Shown here piece by piece: positions 42,808-55,303 of a stretch of 64,000 nt of DNA. The notes under the pieces were generated by a model. It was not told the DNA's origin, made no database searches, and was given only the letters and a program-made list of their open reading frames with translations. Position numbers and translations under genes: made by a program. Source of the stretch: the human T2T-CHM13v2.0 reference genome, Homo sapiens; assembly GCF_009914755.1 (NCBI RefSeq), contig NC_060931.1. One strand, written 5' to 3'. The number at the start of each line of letters is the position of its first letter. Within the stretch, counting starts at the first letter, position 1.

Positions 42808-43771
42808 TTTTTAAAACATTTTTAAATAACAAATAATTGTGTATGTTTATAGGGTACAATGTAATGTTTTAATCTATATATTCATTATGGGAAGATTCAA
42901 TCAGGCTAATTAACATATCTACCACCTCACCAATGTATCATTTTTTGTAATGAGAACATGAAAAATCTATTGTAGCAATTTTGAAATATACATTATTATT
43001 AACTGTAGTCACCATGCAGTTCAATAGATCACTAAAACTTATTCCTCCAGTCTAACTGAATCTCTGTACCCTTTAATCAACATCTTCTCATTCCTTATCC
43101 TTTCCCCTCCCCCCAGCTTCTGGTAACCAGCTTTCTACTCTCTGTTTCTATGAAATTGACTTTAGATTCCACATGTAAGTGAAACACAGCATTTGTCTTT
43201 CTGTGCGTGGCTTATTTCAGTTAACATAATGCCCTCCAGTTCCATCCATATTGTTGCAAATGACAGATTGTCCTTCTTTTTTAAGGCTGTATCATAATCC
43301 TTTGTGTGTATATACCACATTTTCTTTATACATTCATGTATTGATAGGCACTTAGGTTGCTTCCATATCTTGGCTACTGTGAATTATGCTGAAATAAACA
43401 TGGGAATGCAGATACCTGTTTGGCAATGAGAAAAAGATATGAACAGATATTTCTCAAAGAAAATATATCAATGGCCAACAGATATATGAAAAAAAGGTCA
43501 ACATCTCTAATCATCAGAGAAATGCAAATTAAAACCACAATGAGATATCACCTTGTGCCTGTTAGAATGGTTATTATCAAAAAGACAAATGACAAATATT
43601 AGTGAGGATGTGGAGAAAAGGGAACCCTTGTACATTATTGGTGGGAATGTAAATTAGTACAGCCATTTTGGAAAATAGTATGGAGGTTACTCAAAAAACT
43701 AAAAATAGAACTACTATATGTCAGCAATCCTACTTCTGTGTATATATCCAAAGGAATGGAAATCATTATGT
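42808..43771 (-). mobile_element. L1MA with 5' inversion (minus part 42808-43417, plus part ~43425-43771)
   Basis: The antisense 3'UTR switches abruptly to the sense ORF2 C-terminus ([15 protein letters not shown]); the two parts are contiguous in L1 coordinates. Confidence 0.85.
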
Positions 43772-44851
43772 GATGTGCTTATTTATTCCCATCACTATAC
43801 TTTTGAGATTTACCCATTTTGTAGGAAGTAGTTGTATTTTGGCCATTTTCTCCACTGTACTATATTCTTTTGTAACAATACATTACAATTTATGTATTCA
43901 ACATACTCTTTGTAGATATCTAGATTTATTTTCTTTTTGTTTTTTTTTTCCTGTTACAAATAAGGCTAGCTTGAACATTCTTGTGTACATATCCAGATAA
44001 ACATGTTCAGGAGTTCCTCTGGAATACATACACATGAGAGTGGAATTGCTATAAGTAGGGTATATGCACTTGTTCAACTTGTCCAGGTAGAATCAAATGT
44101 TTTCCAAAATGATTTTACTAAAGCACACAACCACCAGAAATGTGTTTATGTTCCCATTGCTGCACATTCTTGCCAAAATGTAATATTGCCCAATGTTTTC
44201 CTTTCTTAAATTTTAAAATATTTAATTAACAAATAAAGATTATATACATTGAAGATCTAGAACATGAAAATTTAAATATGTATACATTGTGTAATAATAT
44301 CACAATCAGATTAATTATTTTTTAATGTTTGCCATCTGATGCTGTAAAATGATGTCTCTAATTGGCATTTTCCTGATTATTAGTGATGTTTAGCATATCT
44401 TCACAATTATTGGCCATGTGTGCTTTCTCTTAAAAAATTGCCTCTTTCTGTCTTTTGCATTTTTCTTTTTTGTTGTCTTTTATCATTGAAATCTTTCTGA
44501 TTTGTAGAAATTTTTCATATATTCTGAATAGTAATGCTTTTTGATTATGTCTTACAAAAACATCTCTCAGTTTATAGCTGTCTTTTTTTTTGGAGTATTT
44601 TTTGAGAAAAAAGAAGTATGTCATTTTAAGGTGGTCAAATTTATATATCTTCTCCAAAAAATGGGTTACATTCTGAGTCTTATTTAGGAAATTATTCCCT
44701 ATTCTGAGGTCATGAAATTTTTTCCTTGTATTTTAAGTTTTTGCCTTTTCCATTTAAGACCTTGATTCATTTAAAATTTATTTATGTATAGAAAATGAGG
44801 TAGGAGTCCATTTTCACTTTGGTCCATGTGAATAACATATTGGCTTGGTAC

Positions 44852-45373
44852 TAGAGTTGCCAGATTTAGCAAATAAAAACACAGGACACCCAGTTTAATT
44901 TGAATTTCAGATAAAAATGAATATTTTAGTATAAGTACGTCCTTTGCAATATTTTTTATTTTTATTCTTTATTTTTTTATTTTTTTGAGACGGCGTTTCA
45001 CTCTGTCCCCCAGGCTGGAGGGCAGTGGCATGATCTCGGCTCACTGCAATCTCCGCCTCCTGGATTCACGCCATTCTCCTGCCTCAGCCTCCCGAGTAGA
45101 GTAGCTGGGACTACAGGGCCCGCCACCACGCCCGGCTAATTTTTTTTTTATTTTTAGTAGTGACGGGGTTTCACCGTGTTAGCCAGGATGGTCTCCATCT
45201 CCTGACCTCGTGATCCGCCCTCCTCGGCCTCCCAAAGGGCTGGGATTACAGGCGTGAGCCACCGCACCCAGCCACCTTTGCAATATTTTGAACGCACTTA
45301 TGCCAAAAAATTATTTGTTGTTTATCTGCAAATCAAATTTAACTGACATCCTGCATTTGGTCTGGCAACCAGA
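44852..45373. mobile_element. MER53 split at its centre by an AluY
   Basis: tagagttgccagatttagcaaat... and ...tctggcaacc termini; degenerate 8-bp TSD cttggtac/ccaggtac. Confidence 0.9.
44956..45273 (-). mobile_element. AluY
   Basis: AluY diagnostics; perfect 15-bp TSD cctttgcaatatttt (44941-44955, 45275-45289). Confidence 0.95.
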
Positions 45374-46138
45374 CCAGGTACCATTTATTAAATAATCCAT
45401 TCTTTGTTGATCTGTAATGTGACTTTTGTCATTTTTCAGATTTCCATGTATCTGTGGATGCTTCTGTATTCTCTATTCCGTTCCAATGTCTATATCTTTC
45501 CTAATTATAATAGCTTTATATAGGACTTGCCATCAGGCTGCTCAAGTCCCCCAACCTGATTTTTCATATTTGTTTATTGATACCCCCTGTCCTATGTTAG
45601 ATACTAATAGTAAAACTGGACATTTTCAACTTGTTCATCACTTTATTGCGACTGCTTCTAGTTCTCCTTCATTAGTCATATGGCAGGTTTGTTGGTTGAG
45701 ATATATAAATATATATCATAATAGGGAAATATCCATCTATCTATTCCTATTTAAGAGGTTTTTAAAATAAAAAAAGGAAAATTAAAATTATTGCATTCAC
45801 TTTCAGCATCTTTGGAGATTATTACAAGAGTACAAAAAATTATACTATATTAATAAATTATAATTAGGTAATTTTTTAATTTTTATATTTAAATTGATCA
45901 TAGTATATTAGTCTTTAAATATGCTCCTGGGTTTTGTTTGTTAATTTATTTAGGATTTTTAAAAATGCTATTTATAACAGTTTGGTTTTAATTTTTCCTT
46001 TTGGGTGCATATGTATGTGTATGTGAACTCAAGTGAAAGAGTGGAAAGGGGGAAGAATGGATACAAAAGGGTAATTCAGCATGTATAACTTTGAAAAGAT
46101 TAAGTATTGCATACAAATACAGTACAGCAGAAATCAGC

Positions 46139-46191
46139 CTTCTCTCTCTCTCTGTCTCATACACACACACACACACATACACACACACACA

Positions 46192-46229
<38 letters not shown>
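46139..46229. repeat. (CT)n(CA)n compound microsatellite
   Basis: ~36 CA units with TA interruptions, read directly. Confidence 0.95.
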
Positions 46230-46232
<3 letters not shown>

Positions 46233-46399
46233 GCCATGCCCCCTCCCAGAAACGCCTAAGAAAGAGCTTCAGAGCAGATGGAAAACATTTGATTTTATTC
46301 CAAATCCTCGTTTTGCAAACAAAGAAGCTGAGTCTTAGAAAGATTAAGTGTTTGTCCAAGTTCACTTACCTGGTCTTTCTGAACAGCATCTAAAAATTG

Positions 46400-46700
46400 A
46401 AAGGGAATAGGTCCTTGAGGGAAAGCTAGAGGAACTTTTAAGTTAGAGAAAAGGGGCTGACTGGACATTTCATTACTGTCTTCAAAATGATGAAGGGGGT
46501 TTAAACAAGTAATGACAAGCTGTCCTTTTCAATGCTTGTTCTGGGCAAGAGAAGTAAAATGGCTTTAATTAATTCAAGAGGGATTTAGGTCAATACTAAG
46601 AACTCCCTGAATGAATGAATTCCAAGACAATAGAAGGGGCTGCCAAAGGAAGTTGTGGAAGAGCTTTTCCTGAAGCTGGTAAGAAAAGTATAGATCGTTG
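46400..46700 (+). mobile_element. L3/CR1 LINE fragment
   Basis: actgtcttcaaaatgatgaaggg...gatttaggtc...gggctgccaaaggaagttgtgga are typical CR1 3' motifs. Confidence 0.6.
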
Positions 46701-47729
46701 CTTTTCTGCAATTATTTCAGTACTGTTAGGTTGAACCAGATGAAATTCTTTTTTTTACTCAGTTCAAATAGGTTATCTCTCTCCCTCATTTTTGGGTCAG
46801 ACCCCATCAGAAGAGTAGTTATACAGAAACTTTTCCCATGGTCAGTGGCTTTGGGCCAGCGTTTATATAAATTATTGCTAAGCTTTGACATCACTATATG
46901 AACTTTTCTAGTCCAGGGAACTGCATTGCTCAACTCTATGGGGATTTTTCTATGTAACCATCCTCTTATCACTTTCCATTTCCAAGAAATGTTCGATTCC
47001 TGAAAACAATGGAAACCGTTAAAACAATCAGTCTAATCATACTAAAGAACTGGGATTTTCTTTCAAACGAAATGGCACAATTAAGTATTTGCCAAGAACA
47101 TGTGCAAGTAAAAAGAACCAAGAATAAATCCTCTGGTTTTGCTTACTCATCTTGACGGGATATAACAAATTTGAAAGGGGTTAAACACTATACAGCCCTA
47201 ATACATAATCCAGAGACTCCATCTTTGCCTTTTGCAATATCCCTGAGGTTCTCAGCATGGTACCATACGTCCTATCAGACTTCCCAAATACTGCCATCCA
47301 CTCTGTTTTTACCCTTCTGGGAGTCTTCACCATCTATTGTTATAACCATATAGCTTAGCATTTAATCCTATTAGGTCATATGTTTGTGTGTGCATCTTAA
47401 TCTCTCCCACACCATAAACTCCTCAGTTCAGTGACCTTCACTTCTACAACTTTACGAGTATAGGGATCTTTGTCGTAGAGAGTCTAAGTCTCTGTGCACC
47501 TTATTGCTTCATCTGTAAATGAGATTTGAAATTCCTATTCATATTGTTGTCAGGAGAACTAAATAAGTAAGGTGTTTGAAAAAGTACCTTGAATAGATTA
47601 GATTCTTAATGATTGGTTGCTTTCCTGACCTTTTATATCAAATACAGTTTCTAGCACTGTGCTGGGCACATCAATGCTAAAGTCATTATCCTCCCCCACG
47701 CCCCCCCACACACTCCTGACCGGTGTTCT

Positions 47730-48140
47730 CCATCCAGGCACTCAAGGTAGAAACCTCACTTCAACCTTGGTTTCTTTTTCTTCCTCGCCTGTCACATATG
47801 GCAGTCACTGAAGTCTGCCAATTTTACCTTTTACTTTTACATTTCTTGAGTGTATCTGCTCCTGGCCACCTTTAGTATCATTACCCCAGTTAAAGGTGGG
47901 TATACTGCAATCTCCTTCAAGATGGCTACAATTCGCTCTGTTAATTACAAATTGGTCAAGGTCACTCTCCTGCTTAAAACCATGCAGTGCCTTCCCACAG
48001 CATGCAAGCTCCTGATACGTCCCACCAAGACCCACTGAGACCTGTCTGTGGCCCACCCTCCAACTCATTTCCCACCACTCCCTGCGTCACAGGCTATAAT
48101 TCAACAAAACCTCTCTCTCTCTCCCTCTCTCTCTCTCTCC

Positions 48141-48191
<51 letters not shown>

Positions 48192-48820
48192 AGAGAAGAG
48201 AGAGAGAGACAGAGAGACAGAGAGAGAGGGAGAGAGAGAGAGAGCCCTTCCCAGGTGCCCCCTCTTCCTGGATATTTTCAAAGTCATATTTCTAGATCAT
48301 GTGAGTCCTCTGTAGAAACTGCTTCAATGACTTCCCCATATGGAAGGTATGTGGCCTCCCAGGCCCTCCATGCTCTGGCCACTCCCACCTCTCCAGCCTC
48401 AGCTTCTTATATCTCACCTTCACTCACCAAGCGCCAGCCACACTTACCCTCTTTAGGATTATCAATCTAGACAAGCTCATTCCTGGCCCAGGGCCTTCAA
48501 GACAAACAAGCTACTCCCTCTGCCCAGATTATTGGTTCCTTTACTCTTTGTCTAACACCCATTCATCAGACCTCAGCTGAAATATTTTCTCAGAGAAGCT
48601 TTTCTTGTCCCTAATCTCACTTATATCCTCCTAAACTCACTCATAGCACCAGCCATGTTCATTCATAAAAATGATCAGTTCTTAATTACATTTATTTACA
48701 AAATATACACTCTAAACTATATGAGAAGCAGAATCAGGCCAGGGTTTTGTTTGATTTCTAGCCTGTGTATAACTAGCACCTACAATAGGCAACATATAAC
48801 AAATGAGTGAATAAATTAAT
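47730..48820 (+). mobile_element. L2 LINE fragment containing a microsatellite
   Basis: gtcactctcctgcttaaaacc..., tcagacctcagctgaaat..., tail aaatgagtgaataaat. Confidence 0.75.
48111..48244. repeat. (CT)n-(CA)15-(GA)n self-complementary compound microsatellite
   Basis: Read directly. Confidence 0.95.
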
Positions 48821-50574
48821 TGCATTTACCATATTATTTTTTAATTATCTGTATTAGTGCCTATTTCTTCCACTAGTTGGTATTCCTTAATTGCAGCATT
48901 GAATGTCACATAAAGATGTTCAATATATTTTATTGAATAAATGCCCAACAAACAGGTGTTGAATAACTGATTAAGAGCTGATTTTTGCAACTGGTATTTA
49001 TTCAAGATATTTCAATATTTAAAAAATAACATTATTTATAATTTTAAGTAACTTAATATTTTTCAAATTGGCCTTTAATAATAGCTTTAATTCAGAGTTA
49101 TAAGAGGGATGAAGACAGACATATTTCCAGGAAAGTCATCCCAATATATATGGGAAATTTCTAATTACGTTGCATAAGGATTTGCTATATAGTCAATTCA
49201 TCGAAGCTATTAGTCCATTCATTTAAAGCTTCTAAAAGGGCTTTACTAATATTAAGTGAATTGCCATTCTGGTATTCTCAAAGCCTTCTGCCAAAAAATT
49301 TTTGTATTAAATAAATTTTTCTACCGGTGGTCTCTTCTGAACTACTAGTGTCATAAGTTTACAAAATTGTTTATTGTACATTTTCAACTTTATAGATAAG
49401 ATTATTTATAATATCTTTTTGAAGTTCCAAAGTGGTATATTTAGATCTAGATACTATTCCAGGGATTAAAGTTCAAATATTGGGGAAAAGGTATTCTCTC
49501 TAGAGGTTTTTATTTTGAAAAAGGAAGAAAAATGATATATGCTCTATCAACAAGAGATTCTTGAAGTAATACACACAATTAAAGCCTTTAAATTAAATAT
49601 GCAAACAAATTAGAAGTTACCAGGATGAAATGAAGAGTCTTTATCTAGTTAAGTGTCTTCCAGCAACTGGAGTCATAGCTCCCAATGGATACATTTGTCT
49701 GGAGCTGTATTGTAACCTGCTTTCCAACGAAGCATCTGATTAATTCCTATTTCCCTTCCAGTTCCATAATTATTCTCCTTGGCCTCCATTTGGGAAAATA
49801 TCTAACGGTTGTGTGAACCCTTGAACATTTCATTGCCTTTGAAAAATCTGATTCCACCCTAAAAATGCTTCTGTGTTTATTTGCGGTGCACACATCTTTA
49901 AAAAAATTTTTTTTCAATAGAAATTGTCAGTTCCAAAGGCTCAGGAACAAAGGATTTTATGCTTTTTTTTCCTCTTTCTTTAGACCTCTTGCTTCAATTG
50001 AAAATAGAATCATTTTGAAAACCAATAATATTTAAGATTTCAGAATTACTGCCTGAGTGGGATTTTCTAATTTCTAATTCCAATTTTCCATTTCTAATTT
50101 TCCCTAAATATTCATCTTAGTAAAATAAATTGGTATTAGCTAAGAAGGGTGATTGTAATAGATAATAGGGGCAGATCTAGAGAAAAATTTTCTAAAACCG
50201 TGAAGTTGTGATATCCAACATTATCAACTACTTGGTGTTTTGTTTTAAGTTTAAAAATCAGTGCATTTACTAATAGGGTGTGTCCTACACATATAAAGCA
50301 GAAATAATTTTTCATTGAGATAACCAAAGGATTGGATTTATTATAACATAATTGTCATTTTGGTTCAGAATACAAGTATATCTATAATTAAGTAAGCACA
50401 AATAATAAAAATCTGTTTTGTTATCTTAAAAGTGTTTACATCTTTATTATATAAATTACTAAGGAAAAAACTAGGGCCCTCAAGAGATAAATGGATAAAA
50501 GGATAAAGTACATGGAATGAACAATTTACAAATAACCAAGAATGGACCCAATTATTATGTGCAAAGATGCTCTC

Positions 50575-50800
50575 CAATGTGTTGATTATAAGTTTACATT
50601 AACCTACCATATATTTCAAAATAGCTAGAAGAAAATAATTTGAATGTTTCTAGCATAAAGAAAAGACAAAGTTCCCAGTTACACTGATTTGATCTTCACA
50701 AATATATGAATGTATTAAATTATCACACGTACCCCACAAATGTGTAGATCTATTATGTCTCAGAAAATAATAAAAATGATAAATGATATAAATAAAAATT
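50575..50800 (+). mobile_element. Short L1MA 3' end within older L1ME fragments
   Basis: atatttcaaaatagctagaag...ttatcacacgtaccccacaaat...A-rich tail. Confidence 0.7.
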
Positions 50801-51337
50801 ATAAATGTGAGAAATGGCTGAGATATTTCCGTATTTTATAGGTATAGAAATGTACATGATATTCTATGGAGTATTATATGGACATTTAAAATCACATATA
50901 GGATAAATTATTAATAATCTGGGGAAAGGGTTTTGTTATGTAAAAAAAGAATAAAATGTATATAATATGTAATTATATACAATGAGATCACAACTCTGTC
51001 ACAAATAGACACAAAACAAATGCATATTTTAAAAGAGAGATTATTAAACCTTTTTCTCTATCGTGTTAGTTTAGTAACAGTACATGTAATTCAGCCAATC
51101 CAGTTTACTACATCCAGATTAGTTTATGGACAATAATGTTTTATATAAAATATTATTTCATTAATAAATGCATATTATACACAAACTGATTCTATGTGAA
51201 ATAAATGTGAGATGTCATTGTAAATGCAGTTTGTAAATCTAAAGAGAGGACTTGAAGGAAATATATCTAAATTGTCATCAAAACTGAATGTTGGGATTGT
51301 AAGATTATATTTAATTCTTTATGCTTTTCCATATTTT

Positions 51338-51640
51338 TCTCTGTTTGTTTGTTTGTTTTTTGAGACAGGGTCTTGCTCTGTTGCCCAGGGTGGAGTGCAG
51401 CAGCAAGATCATGGCTCACTGCAGCCTCTACCCTCCAGGCTCAAGCGATCCTCCCTCAGCCTCCTGGGTAGCTGAGACTACAGGCGCATGCCACCACACC
51501 TGGCTAATTTTTGCATTTTTTGTAGAGACGGGGTTTTGCCGTGTCTTCCAGGCTGGTCTCAAACTACTGAGCTCAAGCGATCCGCCCACCTCAGCCTCCC
51601 AAAGCGCTGGGATTACAGGCGTGAGCCACCGTGCCTAACC
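51338..51640 (-). mobile_element. AluJ
   Basis: gatcatggctcactgcagcctc / ggctcaagcgatcctcc diagnostics; (TTTG)n tail; degenerate TSD cttttccatatttt / cttttctatatttt. Confidence 0.95.
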
Positions 51641-51876
51641 CACTTTTCTATATTTTCTAACTTTTCTGCAACTAACATGTATTATTATTTTACCAGTCAG
51701 GAAAAAAACATTTCTAAGAATACTGTAACAAATGCAGAAATTCTGAGTAGTATAAAATGATGCTAAATGAGAGATAAAAAAATTAGGTCATTTCCATAAC
51801 TTGTCTATATAAATTATATCTCACCAGCTGAACATTTGGCATCCTGTTAATAAATCATCAGCTAATTTTTATATGA

Positions 51877-52332
51877 TGTATTAGTTTCCTGTGGCTTCTG
51901 TAACAAATCATCACAAACTTGGAAGCTTAAAACAACAGAAATGTATTCCCTCACAGTTCTAAAGGCCAGAAGTCTGAAATCAGTATCTCTGGGCCAAAAT
52001 CAAGGTGCTACACTCCCTTAGCATGCTCTAAGGGAGAATCCACTCCTTGTCTCTTCCAATTTCTGATGGCTCTGGGCATTCCTTGGTTTCGGTCTGCATC
52101 ACTGTCACTCTACTCTCTGTCTCCCTGCTCATATTGTCTTCTCTTCTGCTGAAATCTCCCTCTGCTTCCCTCTTCTAAGGATTCCTGTGAATGCATTTAG
52201 GCCCCACCCAGATAATCCAGAAAAATCTCCCCATCTCAAGATCTACAGAATCCTTCTTTGCCATCGTAAGGTAACATTCATAGGTTCTGGGGACTAGGAT
52301 GTGAATATCTTTTGGAAGCTACTATCAACCAA
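51877..52332 (-). mobile_element. MLT1C/D-like MaLR LTR
   Basis: tgtattagtttcctgtggct...ggccagaagtctgaaatc...aggtaacattcataggttctggggactagga. Confidence 0.85.
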
Positions 52333-52354
52333 ATGTATTTGTCCCTCAAAATTC

Positions 52355-53090
<736 letters not shown>

Positions 53091-53125
53091 AGTACTGAGT
53101 TGAATTTCCACATAACCTGTGACTA

Positions 53126-53206
53126 TTGGGTTTGGAGCAAAAGTAATTGCGTTTTTTCCCATCACTTTCAATGGCAAAAACTGCAATTACTTTTGAACCA
53201 ACCGGA
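53126..53206. mobile_element. MADE1 mariner MITE (~80-bp palindrome, the source of miR-548 hairpins)
   Basis: ggagcaaaagtaattgcgtttttt...aatggcaaaaactgcaattacttttgaaccaacc, flanked by TA. Confidence 0.92.
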
Positions 53207-54082
53207 TAGCTTATTCTAACATTACATTACCATCTTACATAACCGTTGTGCAACTATCAAAACTAGAAAAGAACATTAGTACAACATTGTTAACCAGACT
53301 ACAGACTTTATTTAGGTCTCATCAATAGTTCCACTAATGTCTTTTTTTTCCCCCCATTCTAGGATTTGGCACTTAAAACATTTTTGTAATAAAAAAATGT
53401 AAATCCTTTATAAAAGAATTTGCTATATGGTTTCTTTAAAGTGTAACCCCTATTATTATATTTAAAATATCTTCAAACTTACCAAAAAAAGTTCAGGAAC
53501 TTCTCTGTTGTATAAAAAAAAGATGCTTTATACAACAGAATTGCGGTTTATAACAGAATACAGATTATTGGCTCAGGGGACCATATTAGTTCAAATTAGA
53601 TTCTAACTAGAATTAAAAGCCAAAAGAAAACTTAAACAATATAGTTGTTTATTCCTCCCTCAGATGGGATTCAAGAGGCGAGCAGTCCAGAGGTTGGTTA
53701 TATGGAAGCTCCATGGTGTCAAAATGTAAAGCTTCTTCTATCTTGTTCTGTATGCACAGCTTCCATTCCCAAGAACATGGTCCTTGATAGGCCTGGGAGC
53801 TCCAGCCATTACATCCACACTCCAGGCAGCAGGGTGTAAGAAAGCAGAGAAGAACGGCTTTCCCCTTTCCATAAAGGACAGTATCCTATATGCAAAAGTT
53901 GCACTTCCACATACACTCCATTGCCCAGAACCGAGTTGTGTAGCCACATCTAACTGTAAGGGAGGCTGGGGAGTATAATACATATTCTAGGTTGGCATGA
54001 GCCCTGGGGAAAAAAATCAGAAGGAAGCTGAATTACTAAAGAAGGCAGATGTAAAAAATAGATATTGGAGGTCAAGTAGTAG

Positions 54083-55303
54083 TGTGTCCAGAATTGGTGG
54101 GTTTTTGGGTCTCACTGACTTCAAGAATGAAGCCGCGGACCCTCACGGTGAGGGTTACAGCTCCTAAGGTGGCGCGTCTGGAGTTCGTTCCTTCTGATGT
54201 TCAGATGTGTTCGGAGTTTCTTCCTTCTGGTGGGTTCGTGGTCTCGCTGGCTCAGGAGTGAAGCTGCAGACCTTCACGGTGAGTGTTACAGCTCTTAAGG
54301 TAGCGCGTCTGGAGTTGTTCGTTCCTCCCGGTGGGCTCGTGGTCTCGCTGGCTTCAGGAGTGAAGCTGCAGATCTTCACAGTGAGTGTTACAGCTCATAA
54401 AAGCAGTGTGGACCCAAAGACTGAGCAGAAGCAAGATTTATTGCAAAGAGCGAAGGAACAAAGCTTCCACAGTGCGGAAGGGGACCCCAGTGGGTTGCCA
54501 CTGCTGGTTCAGGCAGCCTGCTTTTATTCTCTTATCTGGCCCCACCCACATCCTGCTGATTGGTAGAGCCCAGTGGTCTGTTTTGACAGGGCCCTGATTG
54601 GTGCGTTTACAATCCCTGAGCTAGATACAAAGGTTCTCCACGTCCCCACCAGACTCAGGAGCCCAGCTGGCTTCACCTAGTGGATCCCGCACCAGAGCTG
54701 CAGGTGGAGCTGCCTGCCAGTCCTGGTGCCGTGCGCCTGCACTCCTCAGCCCTTGGGTGGTCGATGGGACTGGGCGCCGTGGAGCAGGGGGTGGCGGTCG
54801 TCGGGAACCTCCGGCCGCACAGGAGCCCATGGAGCGGGTGGGAGGCTCAGGCTTGGCGGGCTGCAGGTCCCCAGCCCTGCCCCGCGGGAAGGCAGCTAAG
54901 GCCCGGTGAGAAATCGAGCACAGCGCCGGTGGGCTGGCACTGCTGGGGGAACCAGTACACCCTCCGCAGCCGCTGGCCCGGGTGCTAAGCCCCTCATTGC
55001 CCAGGGCCTGCAGGGCTGGCCGGCTGCTCCGAGTGCGGGGCCCGCCAAGCCCACGCCCACCCGGAACTCCAGCTGGCCCGCAAGCGCCGTGCGCAGCCCC
55101 GGTTCCCGCTGGCGCCTCTCCCTCCACACCTCCCTGCAAGCTGAGGGAGCCGGCTCTGGCCTTGGCCAGCCCAGAAAGGGGCTCCCACAGTGCAGCGGTG
55201 GGCTGAAGGGCTCCTCAAGTGCCGCCAAAGTGGGAGCCCAGGCAGAGGAGGTGCCGAGAGCGAGCGACAGCTGTGAGGACTGCCAGCACACTGTCACCTC
55301 TCA
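54083..55303 (-). mobile_element. LTR12C (ERV9) solo LTR, 1221 bp
   Basis: Minus strand starts tgagaggtgacagtgtgctggcagtcctc and ends ccaattctggacaca; perfect 4-bp TSD GTAG; GC/CpG-rich U3; tandem U5 repeats. Confidence 0.95.
54490..54625 (-). promoter_or_regulatory. LTR12C core promoter, firing leftward
   Basis: CCAAT boxes at 54597-54601 and 54559-54563, GC/GT box cccaccc, TATA-like AATAAAAG at 54521-54528, all on the minus strand. Confidence 0.7.

Larger units (their letters stand above)
40720..45990 (-). mobile_element. Composite of ancient L1M/L1ME fragments hosting several later insertions
   Basis: T-rich antisense L1 ORF2 and 3'UTR motifs throughout; interrupted at 41495, 42808, 44205 and 44852. 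Confidence 0.65.

Noticed and set aside
45988-48470. ORFs with HT, CV, SL or RE dipeptide runs
   Set aside because: Translations of microsatellites
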